A stretch of 60,434 nucleotides of DNA, filler included, from Sphacelaria rigidula (taxonomy: Eukaryota): assembly GCA_964200075.2 (NCBI GenBank). It is 10 parts of 10 records of this genome, joined end to end, with 100 filler letters (N's around TTAATTAATTAA, not from the genome) between each part and the next. Parts side by side here need not be neighbours in the genome. Positions count along the whole stretch, not along the records: positions 1 to 5,954 come from CAXNAA020023248.1; positions 6,055 to 12,008 come from CAXNAA020023249.1; 8 more parts are not named here. One strand, 5' to 3'. Shown here piece after piece: positions 1-11,577 of the stretch. The translations under genes and the position numbers were made by a program. Numbering within the stretch: the first letter of the stretch is position 1; each line of letters opens with the position of its first letter. The notes under the pieces were generated by a model. It did no database searches. It was given only the letters and a program-made list of their open reading frames with translations, and was not told the origin of the DNA.

Positions 1-323
1 CTCGTTGTGCTCGGCTTTTCCCATTTCGATTTACGTGAAGGTTTTGCCTCCCAAAACCATGCACTTTTCTGGGGGCGGCTATCGTAGAAAGTATCACCGC
101 TCGATGCGGCCGTACGAAATACGTTCAATGAAAGCCCGAAAACAATAATGAGGGACATGTTCAACTACTCAGCCGCCACCATGATACGAGCTGGTCCAGC
201 CTAGACGCGAATTAATAGTTTGCAGGTCCAGCCTCACCTCAGTTGGTCCAGAGAATGAAGAGGGCTTAAAAAAACGAGACCGGGACGATTTTTTCAATAT
301 TTTTTTTCATGAGCTTACGGCAT

Positions 324-1313
324 CACGGGTGGCCGCCGGTACACGTTATGCTGAGAGGTTACGACCAACCTTCCGTAACATAGGCGATCCGCATTTTGGA
401 ACCTGTCAGGTAATTTGACGTACCCGCGTGACGTCTGAGGTTATGTAACGTTCGCAAACACAAGGTGGAAGGTTATGCAAGGTGCCTGTTCGCTGCCTGA
501 ACAAAAGATGTACTGTGTGGTCCGTGCCGGTATGACGACACTTCAGCACTCTGCGGAGTGTCCTGCCCCTCGCAAACCTCACTGTCCACATTTCAAATTC
601 CACCAACAATCGACCATCCGGAGTGTCGAACCTCAGATCTTTAGATCCACAAGCGGGCATTTGACCATTGAGCCACCGCAGTGAGCGCTCGCTACTTCAA
701 TGAGCAAGCTTTTCACTTCCTGAACAAAAGATAAATGTTCGGCGTGTAATGTGTTCCAAACGGGTGGTGCGTCATTTTTTTATATGCCACCGTCTGGCGA
801 GTAATGGACTCCGGACTCTCCCAGGTGGGTTTGATTCCCGCCGCCACCATTTTTTTTTGTTTTTTCAACATTTTGTTTTATCCCGCAATGCTGATGCGGT
901 GTGCACATAATAGAAAATACCATCCATTGACGGTATGGTATACCGAGGAACACCCTGAAATTTTTCGACTACTGCTTTAAATACGTGCGTCGAGTTGACG
1001 GTGTGAAAGGAGAGGGTGGGGGGGGGGGGAGGGGGGCGCTCTGTAAGGAAGGCTGCGTGTTCGGCTCGCGGCACGTTCCCTGCGAGGTTCTCTGACCTCA
1101 CATGAGGTGCTGAAAATAGTCCAGGTCATGCTGCTGTATAAGCTCCTGTAACGTGGGTTACGCGACTTTACATAAGTTGTCGAAAATAATCCAGGCTATG
1201 CTGCTGTATAGCCTCCTGTAACGTGGGTTACGCGACCTCACATAAGGTGATGGGTGTAACCCAGGTTATATAACCGTATAACTTCCCGTAACGTGTACCA
1301 GTGGCCACCCGTG
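324..1313. mobile_element. Non-autonomous DNA transposon with CAC...GTG termini (CMC/CACTA-like)
   Basis: Left TIR cacgggtggccgccggtacacgtta (from 324) matches right taacgtgtaccagtggccacccgtg (to 1313). AT flanks both sides (2-bp TSD). Three ~70-bp subterminal tandem repeats at about 1094-1296. Confidence 0.7.
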
Positions 1314-1356
1314 ATTTCACTGAAAACTGAAGACCGATTGTTGTCTCTAACTCGTG

Positions 1357-1418
1357 TACTCATTTGTTGCTTGTCTTAGTCATTTGACCATTGACCACGC
1401 ATCCCTTTCGAGACGGAG
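1357..1418 (-). mobile_element. 3'-end fragment of the poly(C)-associated retroelement, subfamily 2, with 12-bp TSD
   Basis: tactcatttgttgcttgtcttagtcatttgaccattgaccacgcatccctttcgagacggag is flanked by ctctaactcgtg at 1345-1356 and 1419-1430, followed by a G-run. Homologues at 46531-46596, 48285-48328 and 59022-59110. Confidence 0.75.
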
Positions 1419-2004
1419 CTCTAACTCGTGGGGGGGGGGAAAATCGTACCATCGTTCTTGTGATACCTTATACAGTTTCCCATGCCAAATTTCAAAGCCC
1501 AACTCTCAAGCTTGAGGTGAGGCGGGTCGATTTAGAAATCGGGCCGGTCGAAAACAGTATTGTGCAGGCCACTTACCGGTCCAAATTTGGAATCTGTGTT
1601 TCAAAAAAATGTGTGGGACCTCTCGACGGCATGATGAACCAAATTGAGTGGGGTGGGTTGATTTGTTTCATTCATTTCAAGGACGTTCTCGTTTAGTAAA
1701 GACCCCTTTTCACGAGAACATCCTTAGCTGAAAGAAATTACGGCCTGCTTTTTGTTATTTTCAGCATGCCTTTGCGGTTCTCCATGCTAAGTTTCAATTA
1801 TAATTCTAAGAACTGAACTGAAAAGTGAGCCAGAAACGATGCCCATATTTTCTGAACAAGCCCCTGAAATACGAAAGACAATAATGAAAAAGATCTCAAG
1901 TTTTTTTTTATTCTGTCCTTGTTATTCTCCAACAAAATTTCAAGGCACAACTCTCAAAAACTGAGACGCAAAATTCAGATTTAGTGCATCTAGTGCCTCT
2001 TCCG

Positions 2005-2312
2005 TTTTTTTTTTTCCTCACACTTTGAACCCCTTCCCTTCCTTGGGATGAGTCCGTGGTCTCAAGGCATCAACTCATCTCTCCCCCGGTACGTGCCTTT
2101 CATTTTGATCTCGCGGATTGGGTCAGCACTCCCGCGCCGCGTCATCTCACGTCACACAAACCCAATCGATTACTTTGTTTACTCACGTTCTCACGCTTTC
2201 CAAGGTGGAAATCACGTATTACGAAGAAAAAACCCAACGCATCGGGAGTCGAACCCCCGTTCTCTCCACCCTAATGACGACAGTCGGACCATCACACCCA
2301 CCGGGGCGCGGC
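2005..2312 (-). mobile_element. tRNA-derived SINE, family 1 (full length)
   Basis: Minus strand begins with a tRNA-like head (A-box-like gtgtgatgg, B-box ggttcgactcc), then a ~230-bp body and an A-rich tail. Homologous copies at 28722-29214, 30036-30169 and 39647-39958. Confidence 0.85.
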
Positions 2313-2338
2313 CAACTGTATATGTATATATACATATA

Positions 2339-2863
2339 CTTCCTTTGTCCCATAAGTAAAGGTGCCTAAATTTGTACGGGCCCTTAATGATGTCCGATCG
2401 TTGTTGTTTTTTTAATAGACTACGGTGTTTTTTGGGTTAAAAAAATGTGTTTACAATTTGCAGCTCGTGCTTGAACCATGCCACCGAACGGCTGCAAAAA
2501 AAGTAGTCGACCCAAAATGGCTGTTTTTTTGCCCCTTTCCGAAGGGAAAAAAAATGTCCATTTTTTTCTTTCAAATCGCGTGGGACTTCCTGGCGGCAAG
2601 TTCTAGTGAAGGCGGGGGCGATTTAAAAGAAATGAAAAAGCGAAACTTTTTTTCCTCTCGGAAAGGGGCAAGAAACGGCCATTTTGAGGTCGACTACTTT
2701 TTTGCAGCCGTTCGGCGGCATGGTTCAAGCACAAGCTGCAAATTGTAAACACAGTTTTTCAACCCAAAAAACACCGTAGAGTTTATTTTAAAAAGAAAAA
2801 ACGATCGGGCATCATTAAGGGCCCGTACAAATGTAGGTACCTTCACTTATCGGACAGAGGAAG
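2339..2863. mobile_element. Long-TIR fold-back MITE (Tc1/mariner, Stowaway-like termini)
   Basis: Inverted arms of about 220 bp, cttcctttgtcc...ggacagaggaag. TA on the left flank, AA on the right. The same terminus (tacttcctctgtcccataag) recurs near 17752. Confidence 0.8.
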
Positions 2864-3260
2864 AATTGATTTTAGTGTAGAATATTATGCGCCAAATCTC
2901 GAGGTAGATAACGAATGAGGTAAAAATGAGGGCGCCGATCGTCTCCCGTGCTCCAGGGCTTTTTCACCCCGTGAATCGTCATCATTCGATGTATGCATCG
3001 TTCGGGGTTTCAGATAGACTTTAGTTTGGACCCCACTTCCGCGCGGTATAGGTATTACCAGACATGTCGTTTAATCGACGAGAAAAACAGTTCAGATGTT
3101 TGAGCAGATGGATAGCTTCCCCTTGCTTACGCCATTAATACGACATGCGAATCACGGCCTAACTTGTCTGTATCAATGAGGTACTACTTTGAGAGCTTTA
3201 ATCCGTGTCTAGGCTCGACCACCCCGTAGGAGCTATTCTGGTACCTTTATTACTCGCAAA

Positions 3261-3709
3261 AACAGCCGATCATCGAAAATGAGAATTGAGCTTTTCATCG
3301 AGGGTGATAGCCTGGAGGGTTAAAATATTCGTATCCACACGAAATCTTCGCAATATGGCTCCATTCCTTCACCTACAGATAGCTATTGACAACTGTTACA
3401 CGCCCTACAAATTTGGATTGCAATGGCCTAAATGTTGGGATCTTACAGTAGGTGAAGAAATATGTCTTGGGAATTTAGTTGATCCGATCGGATCGCCGAA
3501 ATTCCCGGACGTTGGGTTTTCACCTTGGACCTCGAAATTTAGCTCATCGAAGCCACATTTTGTATGATGTGAGGTACTTGTCAATAGCTACCAGTGGGTG
3601 AAGAAATAGAACCATATTTCGAAGATTTGGTATGGATGCGAAGATTTTAATCCCCCGCATTCTCATCCTCAATGAAAAGCTCCATCCTCAATTTCGATCA
3701 TCGGCTGTT
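3261..3709. mobile_element. Degenerate fold-back MITE
   Basis: aacagccgatcatcgaaaatgag...gctattgacaa is inverted with ttgtcaatagc...ctcaatttcgatcatcggctgtt; arms about 130 bp. Confidence 0.7.
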
Positions 3710-4519
3710 CAAACTTGGCTAGGGTGAATACTCCCGCGTGAACGTTGAGCCGGAAATCAAGCCGCACTCCGCGGCGCACCTCATGGTATGAAATCTATGA
3801 CTCCTGTATGTGGGGCGACCGCCACGCAAATTAAGTGGAGAAGAAGGCCTGAAGTATAGTCCAGGTTCAAAGCAAAACGCCCAATCAAGATGATGCCACA
3901 TTGCTGAAACATTCCTTTATGTAGCGTGCTATTTGTACAATTCACAACACAACAAGTCATTTATATTCCCGCAAGTATGACCGCCCGCAAAGGGAGCTAG
4001 AGTGTATGTAGGTTTCCGTTGGGATGCACATCTGTGGGTGTGGGTTTCTCTTGGGGTGTGCGTATGTAGGGTCACAATGGGTGATGCACAATACCACGAC
4101 TCCTGCAGTGTAACTTGATACTATGTCGGAAAATTATCGCTCGCACGCTCACAATCACGCGTATATCGTTTTGCCTAAATACTGCGTTGGAATGAGCGCG
4201 TGCCCCGCGCACGGCAGAACAAAATTACTCGCACTACTTGCAGCTTTCGTTCTATTGAGGGTTGGTGGATGCTGGTTCCACCATACAATCCTTCAGTACT
4301 GCTATATTTTATTGGCCTTTACTGAAGGCGTGTCATTCTTTCCCCCGGATCGGTCATCTTCGTATCCCCCCCCCTCCCCCCCCGCCTCCCCTCCCCGCTC
4401 CCCGCCTGCCGCCGATAAATATACCAGAAATCAAACTAACGACCAAGAGAGAGTGCCACTCACTACGCAGCTGGGATGTTTTATAAGTAACACCCCTTCG
4501 ATGTCGGCTTCGCTTATAC

Positions 4520-4945
4520 TTGTCGCATGCGCAGCCCACCTCGGCTCGTCGGGATGGAGGAGTCCAACCTAGCGAGGGACGCGAAACCGCCAACACTACC
4601 ACCACCAACACCAACACCAACACCAAAAGCAACGGAGACGGCAATAAGAACGGCAGGAGTCGGGGCGGGCGTTTTCAGCTCTTCAACCCGTCCAGGCGCT
4701 CTACGTCAGGAAACATCATATCGACATCATCTTCGAGTAGAAGCTCAGTCACCCGGAGGCGCGGAAGCGATGACGTTGGGACGATAACAGCTGTTGCTGC
4801 CGATGCTGCTGACAGCGGGGCAGCTGGTGTCGTCGGGGATCATCGCTCCGTGAATCATGGAACTTGGCACTGGAAACAACCGAATCTGATACAACAACGA
4901 TCATCGACTGAGCGCGACGGGGTTGCGGGTGCGTCGAGACCATAG
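4520..4945 (+). CDS. Possible low-complexity terminal exon of an unknown gene
   Basis: 141-codon open frame, Ser/Thr/Gly/Ala/Arg-rich with a TN repeat. Candidate acceptor cgcag ending at 4534. No recognisable domain. Confidence 0.3.
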   Translation: MSHAQPTSARRDGGVQPSEGRETANTTTTNTNTNTKSNGDGNKNGRSRGGRFQLFNPSRRSTSGNIISTSSSSRSSVTRRRGSDDVGTITAVAADAADSGAAGVVGDHRSVNHGTWHWKQPNLIQQRSSTERDGVAGASRP

Positions 4946-5023
4946 CATTGATGAGCCACAATATCTGGTGTCTGAAACCTCGCGGATGTGCACAGTATCC
5001 TCGAACTACTGCAATAGACTAAG

Positions 5024-5234
5024 TGTAATGCGTGAGAGGACCGCGTGCTTGGAGGACCGCATCGGAATTTGAACATCCCTAGGGTTAGGGTTAGGGTCAG
5101 GGTTAGTTTTAGGGTTATGGTCAGGGGCGTGGTACTTGCAGGGATTGGTCCGATTAGTTTTGAAAAACGTTGATCCTGAGGTGTTTTTAACGACGGCGCG
5201 GTCCTCTAAGCACGCGGTCCTCTCACACATTACA
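5024..5234. mobile_element. MITE with TGT...ACA termini and internal (TTAGGG)n-like tract
   Basis: 37-bp TIR tgtaatgcgtgagaggaccgcgtgcttggaggaccgc / gcggtcctctaagcacgcggtcctctcacacattaca; internal tagggttagggttagggtcagggttag. Confidence 0.85.
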
Positions 5235-5685
5235 ATAAGTACCGGCGAGTAACGCCAAGCCGAACTTCACGTTTCAGGGCGGAAACGCCTTAAAGGCACC
5301 TGCACAGAGCTCCTACGAGAGGAAGGAACGTCGTTCATCGCACAAAACAAGAGAGTTTGTGGACAGGATATGCGATGCCACGCACTTGCTATGCGGTTGA
5401 GTGTGGCTGCGTAGTTCTTGAGCGATATGACTGCGTGTGTTGTATTGACACCAAGAGCATTGAGCTAAGCTTTGTCGGGTACTGTGACTGCATACAAGAG
5501 GTACCTCGACAATTTCCCTCCTCTCGCGATCATGGAATCATTCTGCACCGTGTGCACTGGTAAATTTCTACGTGCATGAAAACCTGTTCTACCCAAACAT
5601 TATCAATCCCAGTCAACAAGATATCCCGCGTGTGCCGCGAGATAACGTTCCTCGCGCTCTTTCGACGCGCTCTCTCGGCTCCGTT

Positions 5686-5954
5686 TGTAATGCGTGAGAG
5701 GACCGCGTGCTTAGAGGACCGCATCGGAACTTGAACACCCCTACTGTAATGCGTGAGAGAATCGCGTGCTTAGAGGACCGCATCGGAATTTGAGCACCCC
5801 TTTGGTTAGGGTGAGGGCTAGGGTTAGTGTTAGGGTTAGGGTCAGGGGCGTAGTACCTGCAGGGACTGACCCGATTGGTTTTGAAAAACGTCGATCCTGA
5901 GGTATTTTGAACTACGGCACGGTCCTCTAAGCAGGCGATTCTCTCACGCATTAC
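5686..5954. mobile_element. Two further copies of the TGT...ACA MITE: a left-end fragment (5686-5744) followed by a complete copy (5746-5954)
   Basis: The left TIR occurs twice in tandem. The second copy is collinear with 5024-5234 and ends at the contig end. Confidence 0.8.
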
Positions 5955-6054
5955 NNNNNNNNNNNNNNNNNNNNNNNNNNNNNNNNNNNNNNNNNNNNTT
6001 AATTAATTAANNNNNNNNNNNNNNNNNNNNNNNNNNNNNNNNNNNNNNNNNNNN
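5955..6054. other. Artificial contig spacer N44-TTAATTAATTAA-N44; also at 12009-12108, 18063-18162, 24117-24216, 30170-30269, 36223-36322, 42276-42375, 48329-48428, 54382-54481
   Basis: Identical 100-bp spacer with stop codons in all six frames, repeated nine times. The intervening pieces are 5954 or 5953 bp, as expected for size-sorted concatenated contigs. Confidence 0.98.
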
Positions 6055-6129
6055 TGGCCAAAAATTCATTTCCAATCGCGATCGATCAAGTTATCAAAAA
6101 CAGGGGAGAAACTGCCATTTTTTTATAAC

Positions 6130-6400
6130 TTAACCAAGGGTCTGTCAAAAATATATTTCGGGACACGTAGGCCCCGAGATCGAAAATTCGAGTTTTTGAG
6201 GGGGGCGGGGGCGGGGCGACACCCAGCCTGTTTTCCCCTAGTTGAATACCGAGGCGTTGGCGGATGCGGTCAGCTGCCGTGTACAGAGATCCTTGGCGTG
6301 GAGACGGCTGAGATGACGGGCACACCGCCCCTCCAAGCTCATCACATACCATGATTACATTTATGGGATCATGTTACGTGTCGTGTGCCTCGACTATTCA
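6130..6400. repeat. Interspersed repeat, unclassified; inverted homologue at about 42805-43090
   Basis: Reverse complement matches aacatgatcccataaatgtaa...gatgagcttgg...ccatctcagc...ccaaggatct...caacgcctcgg on a different contig. Confidence 0.75.
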
Positions 6401-7302
6401 CCACTAAAACAGTGGATTCTCGAAAATGGGGTTGCAAAAAATATGAGGCTCAACTTAAAAGCCATGCTTTCCCTGACCTAAATTTATGACAAATGACTTT
6501 CATATGGACCACCCCATCCCTCCTGATCTCCCCAAAACTGTTTCGAGGGATTTCTAGCCTTCCGTTCCCCCAAAGGGTTTGTGCGAAAGCACGATTTTGG
6601 GGGCGAAAAACGTCCTTTTTCACCCGGAAATCAAGGCGTTTTATAGATTTTTTTCTGATGACATTTTCCGATAAAGTTATCAGAAAACAGGTACTACAGT
6701 GCAAGTTGCAGCTGAGTTAAGGTATGTGCATGCAGCGTGTTGCGAACAGACGTCGCTTTGCACTACAGGCTGCCTACGCACCGAAGCCTTGTAGATACAG
6801 GACCGTACTGACAGTACACACAAGACTATGAACAGTGATACTCTTATGGTACCACAGCCGATGCATGCAATACAGCACCGTTGTATGCACTGTTGTCCGT
6901 GCTGTCCTGTCAGTCAAGTACTACCGTGCAGTGAAAAAGCATAACCGTCACTTCTTCAGGCACTTATTGGTACCGCAAGGCGGGGTTCTTATTGATGATT
7001 TTGCGTCACGCAGCCCACCACGTATTGCTAAGGCAATGCATCACAGTAGCATAGACAGTCAGTACGGATCGTACACCACGACAGGACAGCAGAGTGCTAC
7101 GTCTCTCTTGCGCGCCCCAGAATTTGAAATTATGCCTTCACACCCCATAAAAAACGATGAACAGTGCGTTTTCAATGTCGATAGTACGTCGATCACGTGA
7201 GAAGGGCTACTTTGAAAAATTATGTTCGAAAACGTGCTGTTGAAAAACGGATTTTCTGATGACGTGTTTTTTAATACATGAGAAGTAGTCCAAGCACGCG
7301 GC

Positions 7303-7554
7303 CCTCTCACGTATCACACTTGTAACCTTGCACTACTGTACTCTCTGGGCTTGCAGAGTACAGTCTGTACTCGGCCATGCAGTATAGTACAAGGTTACAA
7401 GTATACCCTGCCCGCTGAGCATGTCCTCTATGCGTGTAGCTGTGTTCATGTGAACTATGTGCGTGCCGTGCACCTGCCCTGTCCTAGTACAGGCTGTACT
7501 CTGCAAGCACAGAGAGTACAGTAGTGCAAGGTTGTAAGTGTAATGCGTGAGAGG
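7303..7554. repeat. Inverted repeat with ~70-bp arms whose outer parts are termini of the TGT...ACA family
   Basis: cctctcacgtatcacacttgtaaccttgcactactgtactctctg... pairs with ...cagagagtacagtagtgcaaggttgtaagtgtaatgcgtgagagg. Confidence 0.75.
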
Positions 7555-7593
7555 AAAACGGTCAAGCGATAAAAAGAACTAGGGAAAATTCCG

Positions 7594-8600
7594 ATGCAGG
7601 TGAACAGCGATCTCCCACCCCAACACGCAGCTCAGTCCGTGGACCCTGCCACAAAATTAGATTTCGAAGTTTTCGCCGAGAAGAAACGCCAAAAGTGTGG
7701 TGGTGTCGGTTCAGGCACACGTTTCACAGCAGTAACGTTGGTGTGTGGCGGCCACGACTGCTGCAGTTTGTGCTCTTGTCTTGACGCAGGCGTGTTGAGC
7801 TTTTTCGATTCTCGTACGTGCACTGGCCATTATGGGGTCGGCGAATCCACCATTTTTTAGTTGACTGCCTTTACGTACTGCAGAGGGTATGTAAAGTATA
7901 TTCGATTTGAACCAACTCGTATCCTTCGCCAAGTGCTATTTTTCGCTGGCAATCAATACCTCATTCTCATTGTTTTCTCTGCGGTCTGCCATGTGCTGAG
8001 CTGGCCTAACCCTACCGGCCTATAAAGAAAGGACAGCTTCGCGATTCATGAACGAGTATCCTTTATCCCCACGTGGCGGAGGGTGAGTTCGTGAATGACA
8101 TGGTGCTGATTTGTGAAAACTGTTCCAGCGCAGAAGTCGCCCAGCGTGCGACCTACCGTCGGACTGCGGACTTTCTCTTTCATCTGACAAATATCCCTCT
8201 GTGAAGGCCACTGAAAATGATGCCAGCAGCGAAGCAGATTTGAACCACGAGGAGTTTTGCACCGCCTCTACTGTCCATGAACGTGTATGCGATTCGATTG
8301 CCCACCCCAACACACCGCTCAGTCGATGGACTCTGCCACGAAATTAGAGGACGATACCAGCAGCGAAGCAGATTTAAGCCACGAGCAATTTTGCACCGCC
8401 ACTACTGTCCATGAGCGCGTGTGCAATTCGATTGCCCACCCCAACACGCAGCTCAGTCGATGGACTCTGCCACGAAATTAGATGCCCAAGTTTTCGCCAA
8501 CAAGAAGAAACGCCAAAAGTGTGATGGTGTCGGTTCAGGCACACGTTTCACCGCAGTAACGTTGATGTGTGGCGGCCACGACTGCTGCAGTTTGTGTTTT
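7594..8600 (+). repeat. Local duplications: ~134-bp tandem pair (8223-8481) and ~165-bp repeat (about 7614-7770 vs 8435-8597)
   Basis: Directly visible near-identical blocks: ccagcagcgaagcagattt...aaattaga, and aagaaacgccaaaagtgtg...gactgctgcagtttgtg. Confidence 0.85.
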
Positions 8601-10511
8601 TATCTTGTTATGTTCGCAATTACGGTAAACGTGGGGTGGCACCTCGAGGGCGTGTGCTTCCGTAGTAGTACAGCAGCAGCAGCTGGACACTTTTAATTTT
8701 GCAACAAAAGAAAGCAGCTCATGTATACTGTATACAGCTCGTGTTCAGGTTCCAAAATACACTGCAGAAATGCTGTGTCGTGTTCAGTGTAGTACTCTGT
8801 ACTTCATATAATGTGGTCACGTTTTGGGCAGTTTTTTTCGAAGTTTTGCTTGTTTTTTGTTGGGTTCTGCTTGTTTTGTTCAAGTTTTGATTGGTTTTGA
8901 AGATATATTCAGAAAAAAAAACGAGACAGTTTTCTGTCACAGAAATTTAATCCCGAATCTGAAATGGCCTGAGACAACAACCAATTTGAAAATTGGAATG
9001 GTTGAATCGGGTTGTGGACATGTTACGTCGGAACGAAACCGGCATGTGGAACCATCATCACGGGTTGGCTGTTGACTATTATGCAGGGTTTATGAAGGAT
9101 TGATGGAACAAAGAGACAAAAATCTGATGATACTCGCGTTTAGAGAAAGGGTTGTTCCACAATAGACTCATCTTACCCGCAACCGTCGACGTTCACGTAA
9201 TCTCCTGTACACATTCCTGAAACTATGTACGTCCATTTAGCTTCTTGACCGCCGCCAGTGTCAGCCTTTGCGACCGCCTGTGAGGGTAGCCCAAGTAGGA
9301 CATTTTCCAACATTGAGACACACTTTTCGCGCAATCCATGCCATCCGTCCCGTGCCGTGCAGCCATGCTCGGCTTTTGTCCAGTCGTTTTCTGTCTTTCT
9401 TCAGCCATCTAAGTCCAGTGGGACATGTGAACCGCATATACAAGACAACACGCGACTTGATTCTTACACAAGCGAATGGCTTCTTCGCCAAGTCTACCGC
9501 GCGCTGCTCTACCGTAATGAGCATATGAAAACCAGAACTTTAGTTACTAATGAAGCGCGACAGAGCTAAATATCTCAAAGCTCTAGCTTCCCACTATATC
9601 TTAAAAAAATCAGCAAAACAACGCTGAAACTGGGTAAGTAGCACCAATCGTCCTGCATTTGGGGGACAACATAGGCTGGATAACAAGCGTCCTTAACTCA
9701 CACACGCTTTGCCATGGATTCATCAACGCCGGGAAAATGATGGAGGAAATATGTACTCGTACGCGATATTTTTATTCGATGTGCCCCTGAACCCACGGAG
9801 CAACGCTCGTCCGGGTCTACAGATGGAAAAAAAGCGGACATGACCGTTGGGCCCCGGTGGTTGAAATGGTGTCCCAACATAAGGTCGGGCGATATGTCTC
9901 TGGTTCGAATCCCGACAGAGGCGGCCGTTCAAAGCAGAAGCTGGTATCCGCCGCCGAAGGCGTGAGCACGCGAGTAGCATAGACATACGACGAGAGTCGA
10001 CAGGATGCGAAATGGTTGTGAAATGGTGCGTGCACACACAACAATTTGGGCGTGACACACGCACGGTTGCGCTTTGCCTCGGGGTTATCCTTGTGAAGAA
10101 TTCATATTCCGCTGGGCGTTCGCAGTGCTGACATGACAGGTTGCACCAAAAAACACTAAAAAGATTCCGAGAAGCACGCGCAGCATACAGTGATGCACTC
10201 GCATGCACAATTCGCTCATGCAACCATTGCTTGAAGCTGACCGAGAACAACGGGCTCTACGGTCTCCATGGCGGCCTGCCAACCCGCTTCGCCTAGGGCG
10301 GCACGGAGCCCGTCCATGCTTGCCCTGACTAATAATCGCAAATCTGTGGAGACAGCCACATCATTCCTCAGCGATTCCTCCAGCCTTGACTGCAGGAGAC
10401 AGGATGACCTTGACTCTTCAGAATCGTCTGAGGGCATCATCAATGGATGTCGGGGGTGGACAACAGAGAAGGATGAAGCGCGCGCGCGGGGGGGGATGAG
10501 GAGGGGGGGGG

Positions 10512-10683
10512 GGTGTGCTTATGATCTTGCATGCCGTAGTCATAAGGCCATTGGCCTCGCATCCCTACACAGCCGGGATGGAGCACGCTGGGTTTTCGCC
10601 GGACCAGGCCCGCAATCAATCATCAAGCGCGAAGCGCCGTGATGTGTTCGGCGAGTGATGTGTTCGGAGAGTCGCATGAAGGT
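10512..10683 (-). mobile_element. Poly(C)-associated retroelement, subfamily 1, 5'-truncated copy
   Basis: G-run, then gtgtgcttatgatcttgcatgccgtagtcataaggccattggcctcgcatccctacacagccggg..., then another G-run. Confidence 0.8.
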
Positions 10684-10868
10684 TTGCGGGGGGGGTGGTG
10701 GTGAAGGACTTTCACACTACCGTAAGTAAGTATATTTCGTGGGGTTGTCCATCGGTAGCATTTGCTTACGTACACAAACATATAAATAAATTCATTCATT
10801 CATTAATAAAAATGAATAAAAAAATAATAAAAAAATGAATAAAAATATAATAAAAATAAAAAATAGTA

Positions 10869-10985
10869 ATAAGGATAAGGATAAGGATAAGGATAGGAAT
10901 AAGACTAAGACTAAGACTAAGACTAAGACTAAGACTAAGACTAAGACTAAGACCAAAACTAAGACTAAGACCAAGACTAAGAATA
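10869..10985. repeat. Microsatellite (GGATAA)n/(GACTAA)n next to an A-rich tract
   Basis: Directly visible hexamer repeats. Confidence 0.95.
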
Positions 10986-11183
10986 AGAATTATGACTAGT
11001 GGTAAGCCACGGCTGACGCGCGTGGCAGCGGTGCCGAAAGTATCAGCGCCACGGGTATTACACGGGTGAAGGATTGAACACAATAGCGAAAAGTGAAAAT
11101 GACGTCAACCATTACTAAGCAGTACAGTACAAAGTATAAGTGAATAAGGACTTCCAGCCCCACGGCTAACATGATGAGCGTTA

Positions 11184-11577
11184 CACACGCGGCCATTTGG
11201 CTACTCCCAAATTTCCTCCAGGGCGGTCAACTTTTCGAGCCCCCGGAGGAACTGAACACCTCCGGAGGGGTGGGCGGCCCTCCTGACGGGTGCGCGGCTC
11301 TCCAGAGAAGAGTTTTCTTGTTTCCTTCAGAGGGATCAAACGCCTCCGGAGGCATGTTTTTGCCTCCGGAGGGCCGCGTATCCCTCCGGAGGGATGTTGC
11401 TACCCACAAATTCCTCCGGAGGGGTGCGCGGCCCTCCAGGGCGGTAGTGTTTGGTTTCCTCCAGAGGGATTGAAGGCCCCCGGAGGCTTGTTTTGTCTCT
11501 GGAGGGCCTGTTTTGTCTCTGGAGGGCCGCGCATCCCTCCGGAGGTATTTTGAGGGATAGCCAAATGGCCGCGTGTG
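11184..11577. mobile_element. Non-autonomous TIR element with CAC...GTG termini and internal CCTCCGGAGG repeats
   Basis: Perfect 19-bp TIR cacacgcggccatttggct / agccaaatggccgcgtgtg, TA on both flanks, many palindromic cctcc(g/a)gagg motifs. Homologue at 35415-35794. Confidence 0.85.

Noticed and set aside
1094..1296. CRISPR-like regular repeats (also 43640-43975, 26587-27400, 54575-55140)
   Set aside because: Whole units are duplicated and degenerate, with no unique spacers, no cas genes and a eukaryotic context.
5079..5120. True telomere
   Set aside because: Short degenerate TTAGGG tract internal to a MITE, not at a sequence end.
5999..6010. Regularly spaced TTAATTAATTAA motif every ~6.05 kb
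   Set aside because: Synthetic spacer within N-padding; not biological. Genes on different contigs are not neighbours.
10590..10640. Hammerhead ribozyme core (ttgatga...gaaa on the minus strand) in the poly(C) element
   Set aside because: Not CUGANGA, and not conserved in the copies near 30605 and 59240.
10792..11083. ORFs with poly-VL / poly-SL
   Set aside because: Translations of the (GACTAA)n microsatellite.
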